From IMG/VR virus record IMGVR_UViG_3300031772_000004, positions 106,710 through 119,492 of that record: a DNA stretch of 12,783 bases. One strand, 5' to 3'. A program made the translations under genes and the position numbers. The notes below the pieces were generated by a model. That model was not told the DNA's origin. It did no database searches and saw only the letters and a program-made list of their open reading frames with translations. Shown here in pieces: positions 1-8,070 of the stretch (within the stretch, counting starts at the first letter, position 1; the number at the start of each line of letters is the position of its first letter). Source of the DNA: a virus. Its lineage: Duplodnaviria; Heunggongvirae; Uroviricota; Caudoviricetes.

Positions 1-265
1 TATTTTCTTGGATATATGATGAAACAACTGCTTTTTTAAGCTCGTCATTGTATGTTGCAAATCCAATATGATATGTTTGTTTTTCTGTCACGCCCCAACC
101 CGAACCACAAACTTTAGCGTCATGGCCAGTTACTCGTTTAAATGATTCTGATATATCCCATCGCAGCCGTGATTCTCCATTGTGCCCCGCTGCTGCTAAA
201 TTTTTGTCTAATTTGATTCTATCAGTGGGGCCGATATAGCAAAAATAATATTCTGGTTTTTTCAT
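1..265 (-). CDS. Hypothetical phage protein, runs off the left end of the window (MKKPEYYFCYIGPTDRIKLDK...)
   Basis: Hand translation: ATG at 265 just after the TAA of the 268-681 gene; open for 88 codons to the window edge; co-oriented with the minus-strand cluster. Not in the supplied ORF track. Confidence 0.7.
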   Translation of the reverse strand, partial: MKKPEYYFCYIGPTDRIKLDKNLAAAGHNGESRLRWDISESFKRVTGHDAKVCGSGWGVTEKQTYHIGFATYNDELKKAVVSSYIQEN

Positions 266-267
266 AT

Positions 268-681
268 TTAGCTCCAACTTTGATGGTCTTCATGTACTGA
301 TTCGATTCCATCATAATCATCAAGGTGCCATTTTACATCATCTGGTATCTCAACAATAGTTAATTCTGCGTAATTACCATTCGCCTTTTTTCCCAACAAT
401 TCTACAACCTTCACCAAATCTTTATCGTTTCTTGGAATATCACCATACGAAAAATAAGATTCTTCTTCTATTTTACCGTCTTTAATCGGTTTAGATGAAA
501 AATGAACCATAAACGGCGGTTTCTCTATTATTTCGTCCCACTCTAACTGCTTATATTTATATTTACTGGTTAAATCTTCCACGAAAGGATAAACTTCTAT
601 TTTCTTTAACTCAGTCAAAGCCTTTATTGCCAACGGACTAAGACCATATCCACCATAACAACTATTTATAACTACTTTCAT
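268..681 (-). CDS. Conserved hypothetical phage protein (MKVVINxCYGG.GLS ... IVEIPDDV.W ... YDG.E family)
   Basis: 137-aa ORF with ATGA overlap to the upstream gene; sequence pattern recalled from widespread uncharacterised phage proteins; no function known to me. Confidence 0.75.
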   Translation of the reverse strand: MKVVINSCYGGYGLSPLAIKALTELKKIEVYPFVEDLTSKYKYKQLEWDEIIEKPPFMVHFSSKPIKDGKIEEESYFSYGDIPRNDKDLVKVVELLGKKANGNYAELTIVEIPDDVKWHLDDYDGIESVHEDHQSWS

Positions 682-1037
682 TTTAATAACTCCTCATTTT
701 CAAATACATTTCCTACAATTTCTACTTTAGAAATACCATAATCACTAAACAAATTCCACCAATCATTGTTTTTTCCTAATGCCCATGCCCCAAAATCTTT
801 ACACCACATTACTTCTGCTTTTAATGACTGAACATCACCCTGTTCGTGCATTTTTTCCGTATAAGATACAATGTCTCCCTCAAATATTTCTTTAGTGTTT
901 TTATCCAACAAGCCAGTGAATTGTGAAAAAATTCTACCTTGTCGAATCATAGACTCAGGATATACCATTATCGTTCCCGGTGCTTCCCACACTTTATACT
1001 TTTCATCCCACACTCTAAATTTTAATATTCTTGTCAT
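678..1037 (-). CDS. YopX-family protein
   Basis: Motifs LKFRVWD, QFTGLLDKNTKEIFEGDIV and C-terminal EIVGNVFENEELL are typical of YopX phage proteins. Confidence 0.85.
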   Translation of the reverse strand: MTRILKFRVWDEKYKVWEAPGTIMVYPESMIRQGRIFSQFTGLLDKNTKEIFEGDIVSYTEKMHEQGDVQSLKAEVMWCKDFGAWALGKNNDWWNLFSDYGISKVEIVGNVFENEELLK

Positions 1038-1408
1038 TTTAATAGCTCCGGGTTCTCAAATATGTTGCCAATAATTTCTATTTCTCTTATAAATCCACCC
1101 GCATCAAAAAATCTAAGTCTATTACGAGTATTTATTCCGAACTCGCCGTTTAAAAAAACTACTTGCCCAATCTGAATAGTTCCCAAGTCGGAAACCTTAA
1201 TAATATCTCCCTCAAATATCTTCCTGCTATTCGTATCTAAGAGGCCGGTAAATTGTTGGACAATAAAAGTTTGTCTATCTAAAAACGCACCAATATCTCT
1301 CCATCCATTACCGTCTTTAGTAAGAAATGATATGCTATTCCATCTTTCTTCTAAAAAAGAATTATACCGCGTATCCCACACTCTAAATTTTAATGGTCTG
1401 TTATTCAT
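1034..1408 (-). CDS. YopX-family protein (paralogue of 678-1037)
   Basis: Motifs LKFRVWD, QFTGLLDTNSRKIFEGDII and EIIGNIFENPELL. Confidence 0.85.
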   Translation of the reverse strand: MNNRPLKFRVWDTRYNSFLEERWNSISFLTKDGNGWRDIGAFLDRQTFIVQQFTGLLDTNSRKIFEGDIIKVSDLGTIQIGQVVFLNGEFGINTRNRLRFFDAGGFIREIEIIGNIFENPELLK

Positions 1409-1725
1409 ATCTTTTTCTTCTTCGGTTTATAGTTGTTTATCAACTTATGCATACTATCATTAACATTGTCTTTATCGTGCCTATAAAAACAAACCCCATT
1501 AAAATTTTCCAAGTAATATGTATGCCGTTCCGGCGTAACAAGACAATCTAATGGCGGCAATTCAAACGATGGTGAAAATACATCTGCATTCCAAATTTCT
1601 TGGCATCGTCCGTTTCCATACTTCATTTTATGAATGGATATACAAAAACAATACTCGCCACTTGTATATAATTTATGTCCATTTGCTGGTCCACCAACAA
1701 ACATATATTCATTAGAATTTGTCAT
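1405..1725 (-). CDS. Hypothetical protein
   Basis: 106-aa ORF, 4-nt overlaps with both neighbours; FVGGPANG start motif seen in small phage proteins. Confidence 0.7.
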   Translation of the reverse strand: MTNSNEYMFVGGPANGHKLYTSGEYCFCISIHKMKYGNGRCQEIWNADVFSPSFELPPLDCLVTPERHTYYLENFNGVCFYRHDKDNVNDSMHKLINNYKPKKKKI

Positions 1726-2090
1726 AAATTTGGTCCAAATTTAAAATTCTGTGCATTTAAATTCTTGTTGCTCAATAATGCTTTTTCAATCGAATTTATA
1801 TATTTTCCAATAATAAATGTTTCATAGTTACGAATAATCTGACAAGCAAGACTCCATGCTTCATACTTCAATAGTAAAGTTTCCGTCATATCTTTTATGT
1901 CGTCATATTCAATATATTCAATACAGCGTGGTGACTTAAATAAAAACAAATAAATGGTTTCAATCGAAGTAGGAATTTCTTTTTCTTTAAATTCCCAGTT
2001 TTCTCCTTCCAATTTTTCAATAAATTGAATTTGCTCTGGCGTAAGAGTATAATGTTTAAATTCTGCTTTCATTTCCACAAAGCTTATCAT
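1722..2090 (-). CDS. Hypothetical protein
   Basis: 122-aa ORF in the tightly packed minus-strand cluster. Confidence 0.7.
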   Translation of the reverse strand: MISFVEMKAEFKHYTLTPEQIQFIEKLEGENWEFKEKEIPTSIETIYLFLFKSPRCIEYIEYDDIKDMTETLLLKYEAWSLACQIIRNYETFIIGKYINSIEKALLSNKNLNAQNFKFGPNL

Positions 2091-2105
2091 TACATTATAA
2101 AAATG

Positions 2106-2756
2106 TCAATCAGTATTTGCATGATGGTCAGGCGAATATAAACTCTTTTTATCACAAATCGCTTTAATCTCTGTTAGTTTCATTGGTTTTTTAAATACAT
2201 CCCATGATACATCAATTATTTTTCCGCACACATCCGTTTCAATCAAATGGTCTTTGATATTGCCGTGGCAATGACCATGACACATAATACTTCCATGACT
2301 AATATGATTCCACGATTTTATAGGATAGTGGCAGCAAATATAATCTTGGTGCTTATAGGCAACTTCCAAATAATTACCAACAAAAATTACATTCTTGTAT
2401 TTTAGTGGATAGATTTCCACATCAGCAACACCATATTGCTCTTTTAGTTGTTGGGTGTAGATTTCTGACACTCTTGAATTATGATTGCCCCATAGCATGT
2501 ATATGGTTTGACAATTTATTCTATTCAAATAGGTATAACACTCTTCTATTGAAGTGTTTAGGCAGAAATCACCAATGTATAGCAATATATCTGTTGTTGC
2601 TATCGTATTATTTACGGTAAGTAGAATATCATTGGTATGCGTATAATAGTCATTGTAACCTCTTGGCTTATATATAAAATCTCTCTTATGGCCAAGATGA
2701 AAGTCCGATGCAATATACACATTTTGCGAATCTAAAAATTTAATCTTATTCAACAT
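2106..2756 (-). CDS. Calcineurin-like metallophosphoesterase (phage type)
   Basis: All five metal-binding motifs in order: SDFHLGH, IGDF, WGNHN, CHYP, HGHCHG. Confidence 0.9.
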   Translation of the reverse strand: MLNKIKFLDSQNVYIASDFHLGHKRDFIYKPRGYNDYYTHTNDILLTVNNTIATTDILLYIGDFCLNTSIEECYTYLNRINCQTIYMLWGNHNSRVSEIYTQQLKEQYGVADVEIYPLKYKNVIFVGNYLEVAYKHQDYICCHYPIKSWNHISHGSIMCHGHCHGNIKDHLIETDVCGKIIDVSWDVFKKPMKLTEIKAICDKKSLYSPDHHANTD

Positions 2757-2762
2757 ATGCTA

Positions 2763-2791
2763 AATATACCACAAGACTAATCAAAAATCAA
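2763..2791 (-). promoter_or_regulatory. Sigma70-like promoter for the minus-strand cluster (TTGATT-N17-TATATT with TG extension)
   Basis: -35 at 2791-2786 and -10 at 2768-2763; only 6 nt between the -10 and the ATG at 2756, implying a leaderless mRNA. Confidence 0.6.
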
Positions 2792-2835
2792 TAACATATT
2801 TTTATAAAAATCGTAAACTATTTATAGGCAAGGAT

Positions 2836-3039
2836 ATGATAAACGAGAAACTAAATTATGATGAAATTATGCTGTTTGGTCACAAAATTCATGTCTACCA
2901 AAACAAGATACAGATTTACAAAAATAAAGAAGTTTCTTCCACAGAATTTAAACCCACATCAGATAAAATCGCTAGATACTTAATGGATGAAATGTTTATT
3001 CCCGCTGGTGCTATAAAAGTCGAATTAGTGTCAGTTTAA
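2836..3039 (+). CDS. Hypothetical protein
   Basis: 67-aa ORF preceded by AAGGA and by TATTTAT (2819-2825). Confidence 0.65.
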   Translation: MINEKLNYDEIMLFGHKIHVYQNKIQIYKNKEVSSTEFKPTSDKIARYLMDEMFIPAGAIKVELVSV

Positions 3040-3076
3040 TAAGATAAAAGTAGTATGGATATATATTTATTATAAT

Positions 3077-3748
3077 ATGAATGTTATTTCTCCCCCCAAT
3101 CGAAAATGTGAATATGGTTGTCTAATGGCAATAATTTCACCTAAAACCAGTAAAAATATTGTTAAATTTGGTAAAACCGCTATTCCTGACAAAAATTTGT
3201 ATATCGGGCCGCCTGAGGATGAATTAGGCAGAGACACAGAGCCACATGTTACTTTAAAGTTTGGATTTACTCCTGACTTAACCGAACCTCAGATTCTCAG
3301 CATAATCAAGGAATTAAATAAGCGTATAATCAAAGAATCGTTAAAAGAGATGGGTGGCAAATATGTTATCCGCGCAGGCGGTGGAAGTGGGACAAGAGAA
3401 CTTGAAGATGATGAGTTTAGAAGTAGTTTGCTATCAATGGAAGAAAATAAAAATAAGAAACCCACTTGGAAAATATATGCCGAAGGTATAACTATTTTTG
3501 ATAGCAAAAAAGAATATGATGTGGTAAAGTTTGATATAAAAAAAGACCCAATTCTTACTGAGATTCATTCTATATGTAATAGATACCCCAGCGTAAATAA
3601 GTATCCATCATATAACCCCCATATGACTATTGCTTATGTAAAAAAAGGTACTTTCCCACAAAGAGTATCACAAAAGAATATTCCCTTCAGCATTGCAAAC
3701 TTAAAATATTCTAGTATGGATGGTTCAAAACGCTACTACGATTTATAA
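3077..3748 (+). CDS. 2H phosphoesterase (2'-5' RNA ligase-like / T4 57B-Acb1-like) with an internal ~48-aa insertion
   Basis: Two HxT motifs, PHVTL (H57) and PHMTI (H182); N-terminal YGCLMA and C-terminal YNPHMTIAY resemble phage 2H proteins. Confidence 0.8.
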   Translation: MNVISPPNRKCEYGCLMAIISPKTSKNIVKFGKTAIPDKNLYIGPPEDELGRDTEPHVTLKFGFTPDLTEPQILSIIKELNKRIIKESLKEMGGKYVIRAGGGSGTRELEDDEFRSSLLSMEENKNKKPTWKIYAEGITIFDSKKEYDVVKFDIKKDPILTEIHSICNRYPSVNKYPSYNPHMTIAYVKKGTFPQRVSQKNIPFSIANLKYSSMDGSKRYYDL

Positions 3749-3752
3749 GATG

Positions 3753-3781
3753 TTTACAAGGTTTAGGGGATGTGTTATCCT
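3753..3781 (+). promoter_or_regulatory. Possible sigma70-like promoter (TTTACA-N17-TATCCT, extended TG)
   Basis: Located in the intergenic gap before the ATG at 3798; weaker match than the other promoters. Confidence 0.4.
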
Positions 3782-3797
3782 AATCCTAAAGTAATTT

Positions 3798-4295
3798 ATG
3801 GCAGAAAACTTACAAATTAAACACACAAAAATTCCATTTGTTGTAAAGACGGGCAATTGGAAATTAAGAGTCTTATTAAAAATTCCTATGAGTGAAGAAT
3901 TGGAAGAATATAGTTACATTGAAGCATCCACACAAGCAGTTGAATATTGTTTTGGACAAATCGAAGATGATAGAGAATTTGACATGCTTTATCTTTTAGA
4001 TGATAAAGGCAAAAACTTTTTCGATAAGAATTACCACGGAGATATTTGTGATATTCCCGAACCACGCTTTGGCATATTTACCGCAGCTTATATAGAAGAT
4101 GATGAAAACGATGATAATAAATGGTGGTTTTTTCTAACGAGTGAAATTTTTGCAAACGCTAGTCAACCAGAGAATTTTGCAATTGCTAAGAAATTTGAAA
4201 AACGATGGAAAAAACATATAATGTTATTGAAAAACAAACAAAAAGAATCAAATGCTAAGGTGGGATTTAAAAAAGTAAAAAAGAAAAAAGATTGA
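3798..4295 (+). CDS. Hypothetical protein, acidic core with a lysine-rich C-terminus
   Basis: 165-aa ORF; no recognisable motif. Confidence 0.7.
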   Translation: MAENLQIKHTKIPFVVKTGNWKLRVLLKIPMSEELEEYSYIEASTQAVEYCFGQIEDDREFDMLYLLDDKGKNFFDKNYHGDICDIPEPRFGIFTAAYIEDDENDDNKWWFFLTSEIFANASQPENFAIAKKFEKRWKKHIMLLKNKQKESNAKVGFKKVKKKKD

Positions 4296-4319
4296 CAATT
4301 TTGTAAATCGAATCATAAT
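4292..4319 (+). promoter_or_regulatory. Sigma70-like promoter TTGACA-N16-CATAAT
   Basis: TTGACA 4292-4297 overlaps the upstream stop codon; CATAAT 4314-4319; ATG at 4328 lies 8 nt after the -10. Confidence 0.6.
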
Positions 4320-4327
4320 AATACTAT

Positions 4328-4735
4328 ATGAAAGCTAAAACAAAAAAGACCGAACCAATTATAGATACTAAAATTTTATCCGACATTGTTGATAAGTTAC
4401 ATATCACAGACGAAGAAGAGCAAGAATTATTAAAGCGTATAACTCCACTGCCTCTGCCAGAAACAGCATCGGTCATAATACCAGAAAAAACAGAAGAAGA
4501 GAAAGCTAGAGAAGCGGAAATTTTAAGTAGGCCTTTCTTCCCAAAAGCTTTGCCAGAGTTTATATTTACCTTTGAATCAGGATTAGTAACGCCTGTACCA
4601 TATGTAGTTTTAGCAAAAACATATGAAGAAGCTATAGAAAAAATTCGTGTTGCCTTAAATATAACCGACCTTTCACATCTAAAATTCAAATCAATGACGC
4701 AAAAGGAAATTGCAAACACAATTGAGAAAAAATAA
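4328..4735 (+). CDS. Hypothetical protein
   Basis: 135-aa ORF directly after a promoter; stop overlaps the next start (TAATG). Confidence 0.7.
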   Translation: MKAKTKKTEPIIDTKILSDIVDKLHITDEEEQELLKRITPLPLPETASVIIPEKTEEEKAREAEILSRPFFPKALPEFIFTFESGLVTPVPYVVLAKTYEEAIEKIRVALNITDLSHLKFKSMTQKEIANTIEKK

Positions 4736-5073
4736 TGAAAACCACAGGCCAATATATCGCAGACAAATATCAATTATCCAATTCCATAGCAGATGACATA
4801 GATTTACAAATAAATATCCTTTTAAATGAATACAGGTCGGCCAATAATGCCAATATAACGGAAATCAAAGAAATCACAAAATGGCTCAGAGGAAAGTTGT
4901 GTTGTTATATGAATGGTGAGAGATTTTGTGATTGTAAGGCTACCCGAGCATATGAATTAAATAAAGAACAATGGGGAAAAGAACAAATATTTGATGTCGG
5001 TAGTGGGGAAAACAATGGTTGCTGTGAATGCAGAGAAATTATCGGTTTGTGTAATGATATTTTGAAAAAATAA
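4735..5073 (+). CDS. Hypothetical Cys-containing protein
   Basis: 112-aa ORF with CC, CDC and CCEC clusters; possible metal binding. Confidence 0.65.
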   Translation: MKTTGQYIADKYQLSNSIADDIDLQINILLNEYRSANNANITEIKEITKWLRGKLCCYMNGERFCDCKATRAYELNKEQWGKEQIFDVGSGENNGCCECREIIGLCNDILKK

Positions 5074-5121
5074 TTGAAATTTTCATAATATTAGCATAGT
5101 GTGGTTATATTTATATATGAT

Positions 5122-6159
5122 ATGCCACACAATAATCCAAGAATTCAATTTATTTTAAAAGAAAGGAATGTCTATAGTTCTCCTAACAAGAGTTATGGAT
5201 TATTAAATTCATGTCTTTTTATTGTCAATAAGCTAAGAAAGTATGGTATAGATGCTGAAGCAGTACAAGTTAAAGACAATAATTCCATTGACAAAGAAGT
5301 AACCCGATTTAAACCAACCCATTGCTTTGTTGAAGCGCTCTGGGTGGTTGCCGAAAAATTTGAGGAATTAGCAAAATTACATCCTAACATCCATTGGATT
5401 GTTCGACTACATAGTGAAATTCCATTCCTTGCATCTGAGGGAATTGCTATAGAATGGATTGAAAAATATAATCTATTGGCAGCTAAAGGAATTGACATAG
5501 CAATAAGCACAAATAGCAATGATTGTTACAAAGACCTTTCTGTTATCATTGACAATGTATTATATCATCCAAACATATATTATCCATTAATTCCTGCACC
5601 GGAAAGAGAACGACACTTCTTTACGAATAAATTTAATATTGGTTGCTTTGGCGCATTAAGACCATTGAAAAATCATTTGGAACAAGCATTTTTGGCAATG
5701 AAATTTGCAAAGCGTCATAATAAGCATTTATATTTTCATATCAACAAATCTGAACATGAAGAAAAAACAAGAGAGTCAATCCTAAGAAATCTTGAGGAAT
5801 TATTTAAGTATAATCCAGATCATACTTTAGTTTGTCATGATTGGGTAACCCACGAAGAATTTTTAAATTTGGTTGCTACGATGGATATGGGAATGCAAGT
5901 ATCATTCAGCGAAAGTTTTAATATAATTGTTGCTGATTTTGTATATTGTGGTGTGCCAATAGTTGGGTCAGAGCAAATTGAATGGCTGCATCCTTTATAT
6001 AAAGCAGATTCAGCATATTCTCACGATATATTAGATAAAATGTCTACCGCATATTATGGTGATTTCTTTAGATTACAAAATATAAATAAAAAGCGTTTAG
6101 ATGCTTATAATAAAATTGCCACGGAAACTTGGTTGGATTGGTTGAAAAAAGAATCGTAA
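5122..6159 (+). CDS. GT-B (GT4-like) glycosyltransferase
   Basis: C-terminal FGALRPLKN and DMGMQVSFSESFNIIVADFVYCGVPIVGS match the GT4 S-x-x-E-x-F...GVPVV signature. Start reassigned from GTG 5101 to ATG 5122, which follows the TATATTTAT motif by 7 nt. Confidence 0.75.
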   Translation: MPHNNPRIQFILKERNVYSSPNKSYGLLNSCLFIVNKLRKYGIDAEAVQVKDNNSIDKEVTRFKPTHCFVEALWVVAEKFEELAKLHPNIHWIVRLHSEIPFLASEGIAIEWIEKYNLLAAKGIDIAISTNSNDCYKDLSVIIDNVLYHPNIYYPLIPAPERERHFFTNKFNIGCFGALRPLKNHLEQAFLAMKFAKRHNKHLYFHINKSEHEEKTRESILRNLEELFKYNPDHTLVCHDWVTHEEFLNLVATMDMGMQVSFSESFNIIVADFVYCGVPIVGSEQIEWLHPLYKADSAYSHDILDKMSTAYYGDFFRLQNINKKRLDAYNKIATETWLDWLKKES

Positions 6160-6165
6160 AATTTG

Positions 6166-6193
6166 TTGACAATTAGTTCAATAATGTTATACT
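6166..6193 (+). promoter_or_regulatory. Sigma70-like promoter TTGACA-N16-TATACT with extended TG
   Basis: TTGACA 6166-6171, TG 6185-6186, TATACT 6188-6193; ATG at 6201. Confidence 0.7.
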
Positions 6194-6200
6194 TACATTC

Positions 6201-6452
6201 ATGACAAATATATTAAATAATACAGACAAGCCAAATGTTCGCGTTACTATAAATGATACCAGCGAAGTTATTTGTGAACAATGCAGTGGTAATACATTTA
6301 TAGAATCAGTTTTGCTGAGAAAGGTTAGCGCCTTACTTACAGGAGCAGAAAAAGATGCTTATATCCCAATACCTGTATTCTGTTGCGTTAAGTGTAATGG
6401 TGTGAATAGTGAATTCATTCCCCTTGAATTAAAAAACAAAATTGTAACCTAG
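6201..6452 (+). CDS. Small zinc-ribbon protein
   Basis: Two CxxC pairs (CEQC, CVKC) in 83 aa. Confidence 0.75.
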   Translation: MTNILNNTDKPNVRVTINDTSEVICEQCSGNTFIESVLLRKVSALLTGAEKDAYIPIPVFCCVKCNGVNSEFIPLELKNKIVT

Positions 6453-6527
6453 GGGTTGTAGCTTAATTGGTAAAGCACCACAATGGCATTGTGGGGAGTG
6501 AGGGTTCAAGTCCCTTCAACTCCACCA
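6452..6527 (+). tRNA. tRNA-Ala(GGC), 76 nt, CCA encoded
   Basis: Full cloverleaf: acceptor GGGGTTG/CAACTCC with the G3:U70 alanine determinant, D-arm GCTT/AAGC, anticodon stem CCACA/TGTGG with loop ATGGCAT (A32-U38 as in bacterial tRNA-Ala GGC), T-arm GAGGG-TTCAAGT-CCCTT, then A73 and CCA. Confidence 0.97.
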
Positions 6528-6540
6528 TTAAAAATATAAC

Positions 6541-6568
6541 TTGACATTTGTATAAAAAGCGGTATCAT
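6541..6568 (+). promoter_or_regulatory. Sigma70-like promoter TTGACA-N16-TATCAT
   Basis: TTGACA 6541-6546, TATCAT 6563-6568; ATG at 6575 lies 6 nt after the -10. Confidence 0.7.
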
Positions 6569-6574
6569 TTTAAA

Positions 6575-7192
6575 ATGAAAATTAAAGTGATAGGCAGCGG
6601 CTCATTCGGTGGATTTTTAAATGAATTACTATTTAAAGATAGTAGTCTATTTGAATTTGACACTAATGCAAAAAGTATTATTTTAGCCGTTCCAATTTCA
6701 GCTTACGATTCTGTTGCTGAAGATTTTAAAAATTGTCATTTAATCAATGTTTGTTCCGTTCAAAAACCAAGCATGGAAATTCTTCTTAAACATACAGAAA
6801 GAGTTACAGGCATTCATCCTTTATTCGGAAAACGAACACCCGCAGATAAGCGTAATGCCATTTTAACATACCAATGTAATCAAGACAATGATACATGGAA
6901 GTATGGTAGCTGTCCAGAGGAAGTTGAATTTTTAACTGAATTTGGAAAGCTGTGTAATATTTTGCATCCAGCTTTACCATTTACACCAGAAAGTCATGAT
7001 GTATTAATGGCTCGTACCCATTTTGTTGCAGTAATGGCCGCTAAACAAATGAAGTTTCATATTGATAGGTCGGCGGATATTCCTGATGAATTAATTCCTA
7101 ATAGCTTTCGATTGCTTAGAGAATTTGTAAAAACTTTAGATGATATGCCTCAAGGAACAATAGAAAGTATATTGGCAAATCCATATGTCTAA
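6575..7192 (+). CDS. Prephenate dehydrogenase-like (TyrA family) NAD(P)-binding oxidoreductase
   Basis: N-terminal Rossmann motif KVIGSGSFGG, ILAVPIS, NVCSVQ (cf. DVxSVK), GIHPLFG (cf. HPMFG) and ESHDVLMA (cf. HD..MA). Start moved from TTG 6548, which lies inside the promoter, to ATG 6575. Confidence 0.75.
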   Translation: MKIKVIGSGSFGGFLNELLFKDSSLFEFDTNAKSIILAVPISAYDSVAEDFKNCHLINVCSVQKPSMEILLKHTERVTGIHPLFGKRTPADKRNAILTYQCNQDNDTWKYGSCPEEVEFLTEFGKLCNILHPALPFTPESHDVLMARTHFVAVMAAKQMKFHIDRSADIPDELIPNSFRLLREFVKTLDDMPQGTIESILANPYV

Positions 7193-7220
7193 TAATATAC
7201 TTATTAAGTTTCTATTTTAA

Positions 7221-8003
7221 TTATGTTACGGAGCTAGTCATTCCAAATATTGCACTACCTGAGCAACTATAAAGATCTGTTGCCGTAATTGTAAATGAGA
7301 ATGAACCTGTTGCGGTTAATGCGCTAGATGTAATCAATCCCGTAGCTGCAAATAACGCCGAACCCGATGGCAATGTTCCCGCTGACTTTGTATATGTATA
7401 AGGAATGTGTCCACCAGAAGCGGTAATAGCAGCCCTATAAGCTGACCCACTAACACCATTTGTAACACTTCCATTATCAGTAAGAGTTATTGTTGGACAA
7501 ACGTAAGCAGCAACCAAAACCGTAAATGAACCAGTAGCGTTGCCACCATTGGAATCTAACACTCCAATCCTAAAGCTGGCCGTTTGTATCGTGGTTAATA
7601 CCCCAGAAATGATACCTGTTGTAACAAGTGAACCCGTTAAAGCAGTTCCAGATGGAAGTGAACCACTAACTAAAGTAAAAGTATACGGAGGAATTGGCCA
7701 ACCACCTGTAGCATCTATTGTCGCGGTATACGATGAACTTAAATTACTATTTGGAACTGTACCAGAAACAGATAGAGGATCTGCGGCAAATGCAGCATGA
7801 CCACCTGCGCCGGCGCCCGGCGCAGCATTACCACTTTGAACAGATGGTGCAGTCATTCCAGGAGGTTCACTTGCTTCACTTAACATTTGGACAAGAGTTT
7901 GATTAAATTCAAGTAAAAGTTGTTTATAACCCGTCATTATTCTATCCATCGGTAAATGTTTGTGGAGCCGATAATATGTTTGCCAATCTATTAAGTCGTT
8001 CAT
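7221..8003 (-). CDS. Putative Ig-domain (He_PIG-like) protein, two repeats; probably virion-associated or adhesion-related
   Basis: Two repeats of the pattern A.GG..PYT(F/Y)....G.LP.G...G.I; Thr/Ser/Gly-rich. Start reassigned to ATG 8003 (260 aa) because the longer ORF extension overlaps a promoter and structured RNA, and TATATTTAT lies 6 nt upstream of 8003. Confidence 0.75.
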   Translation of the reverse strand: MNDLIDWQTYYRLHKHLPMDRIMTGYKQLLLEFNQTLVQMLSEASEPPGMTAPSVQSGNAAPGAGAGGHAAFAADPLSVSGTVPNSNLSSSYTATIDATGGWPIPPYTFTLVSGSLPSGTALTGSLVTTGIISGVLTTIQTASFRIGVLDSNGGNATGSFTVLVAAYVCPTITLTDNGSVTNGVSGSAYRAAITASGGHIPYTYTKSAGTLPSGSALFAATGLITSSALTATGSFSFTITATDLYSCSGSAIFGMTSSVT

Positions 8004-8037
8004 ATATGTATAAATATAATCGTATTTACGATTTCGA

Positions 8038-8066
8038 TTGACAATTTTACAATTCTCATATATATT
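8038..8066 (+). promoter_or_regulatory. Sigma70-like promoter TTGACA-N17-TATATT driving the RNA cassette
   Basis: TTGACA 8038-8043, TATATT 8061-8066; no plus-strand ORF follows, only structured non-coding sequence. Confidence 0.7.
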
Positions 8067-8070
8067 ATAG

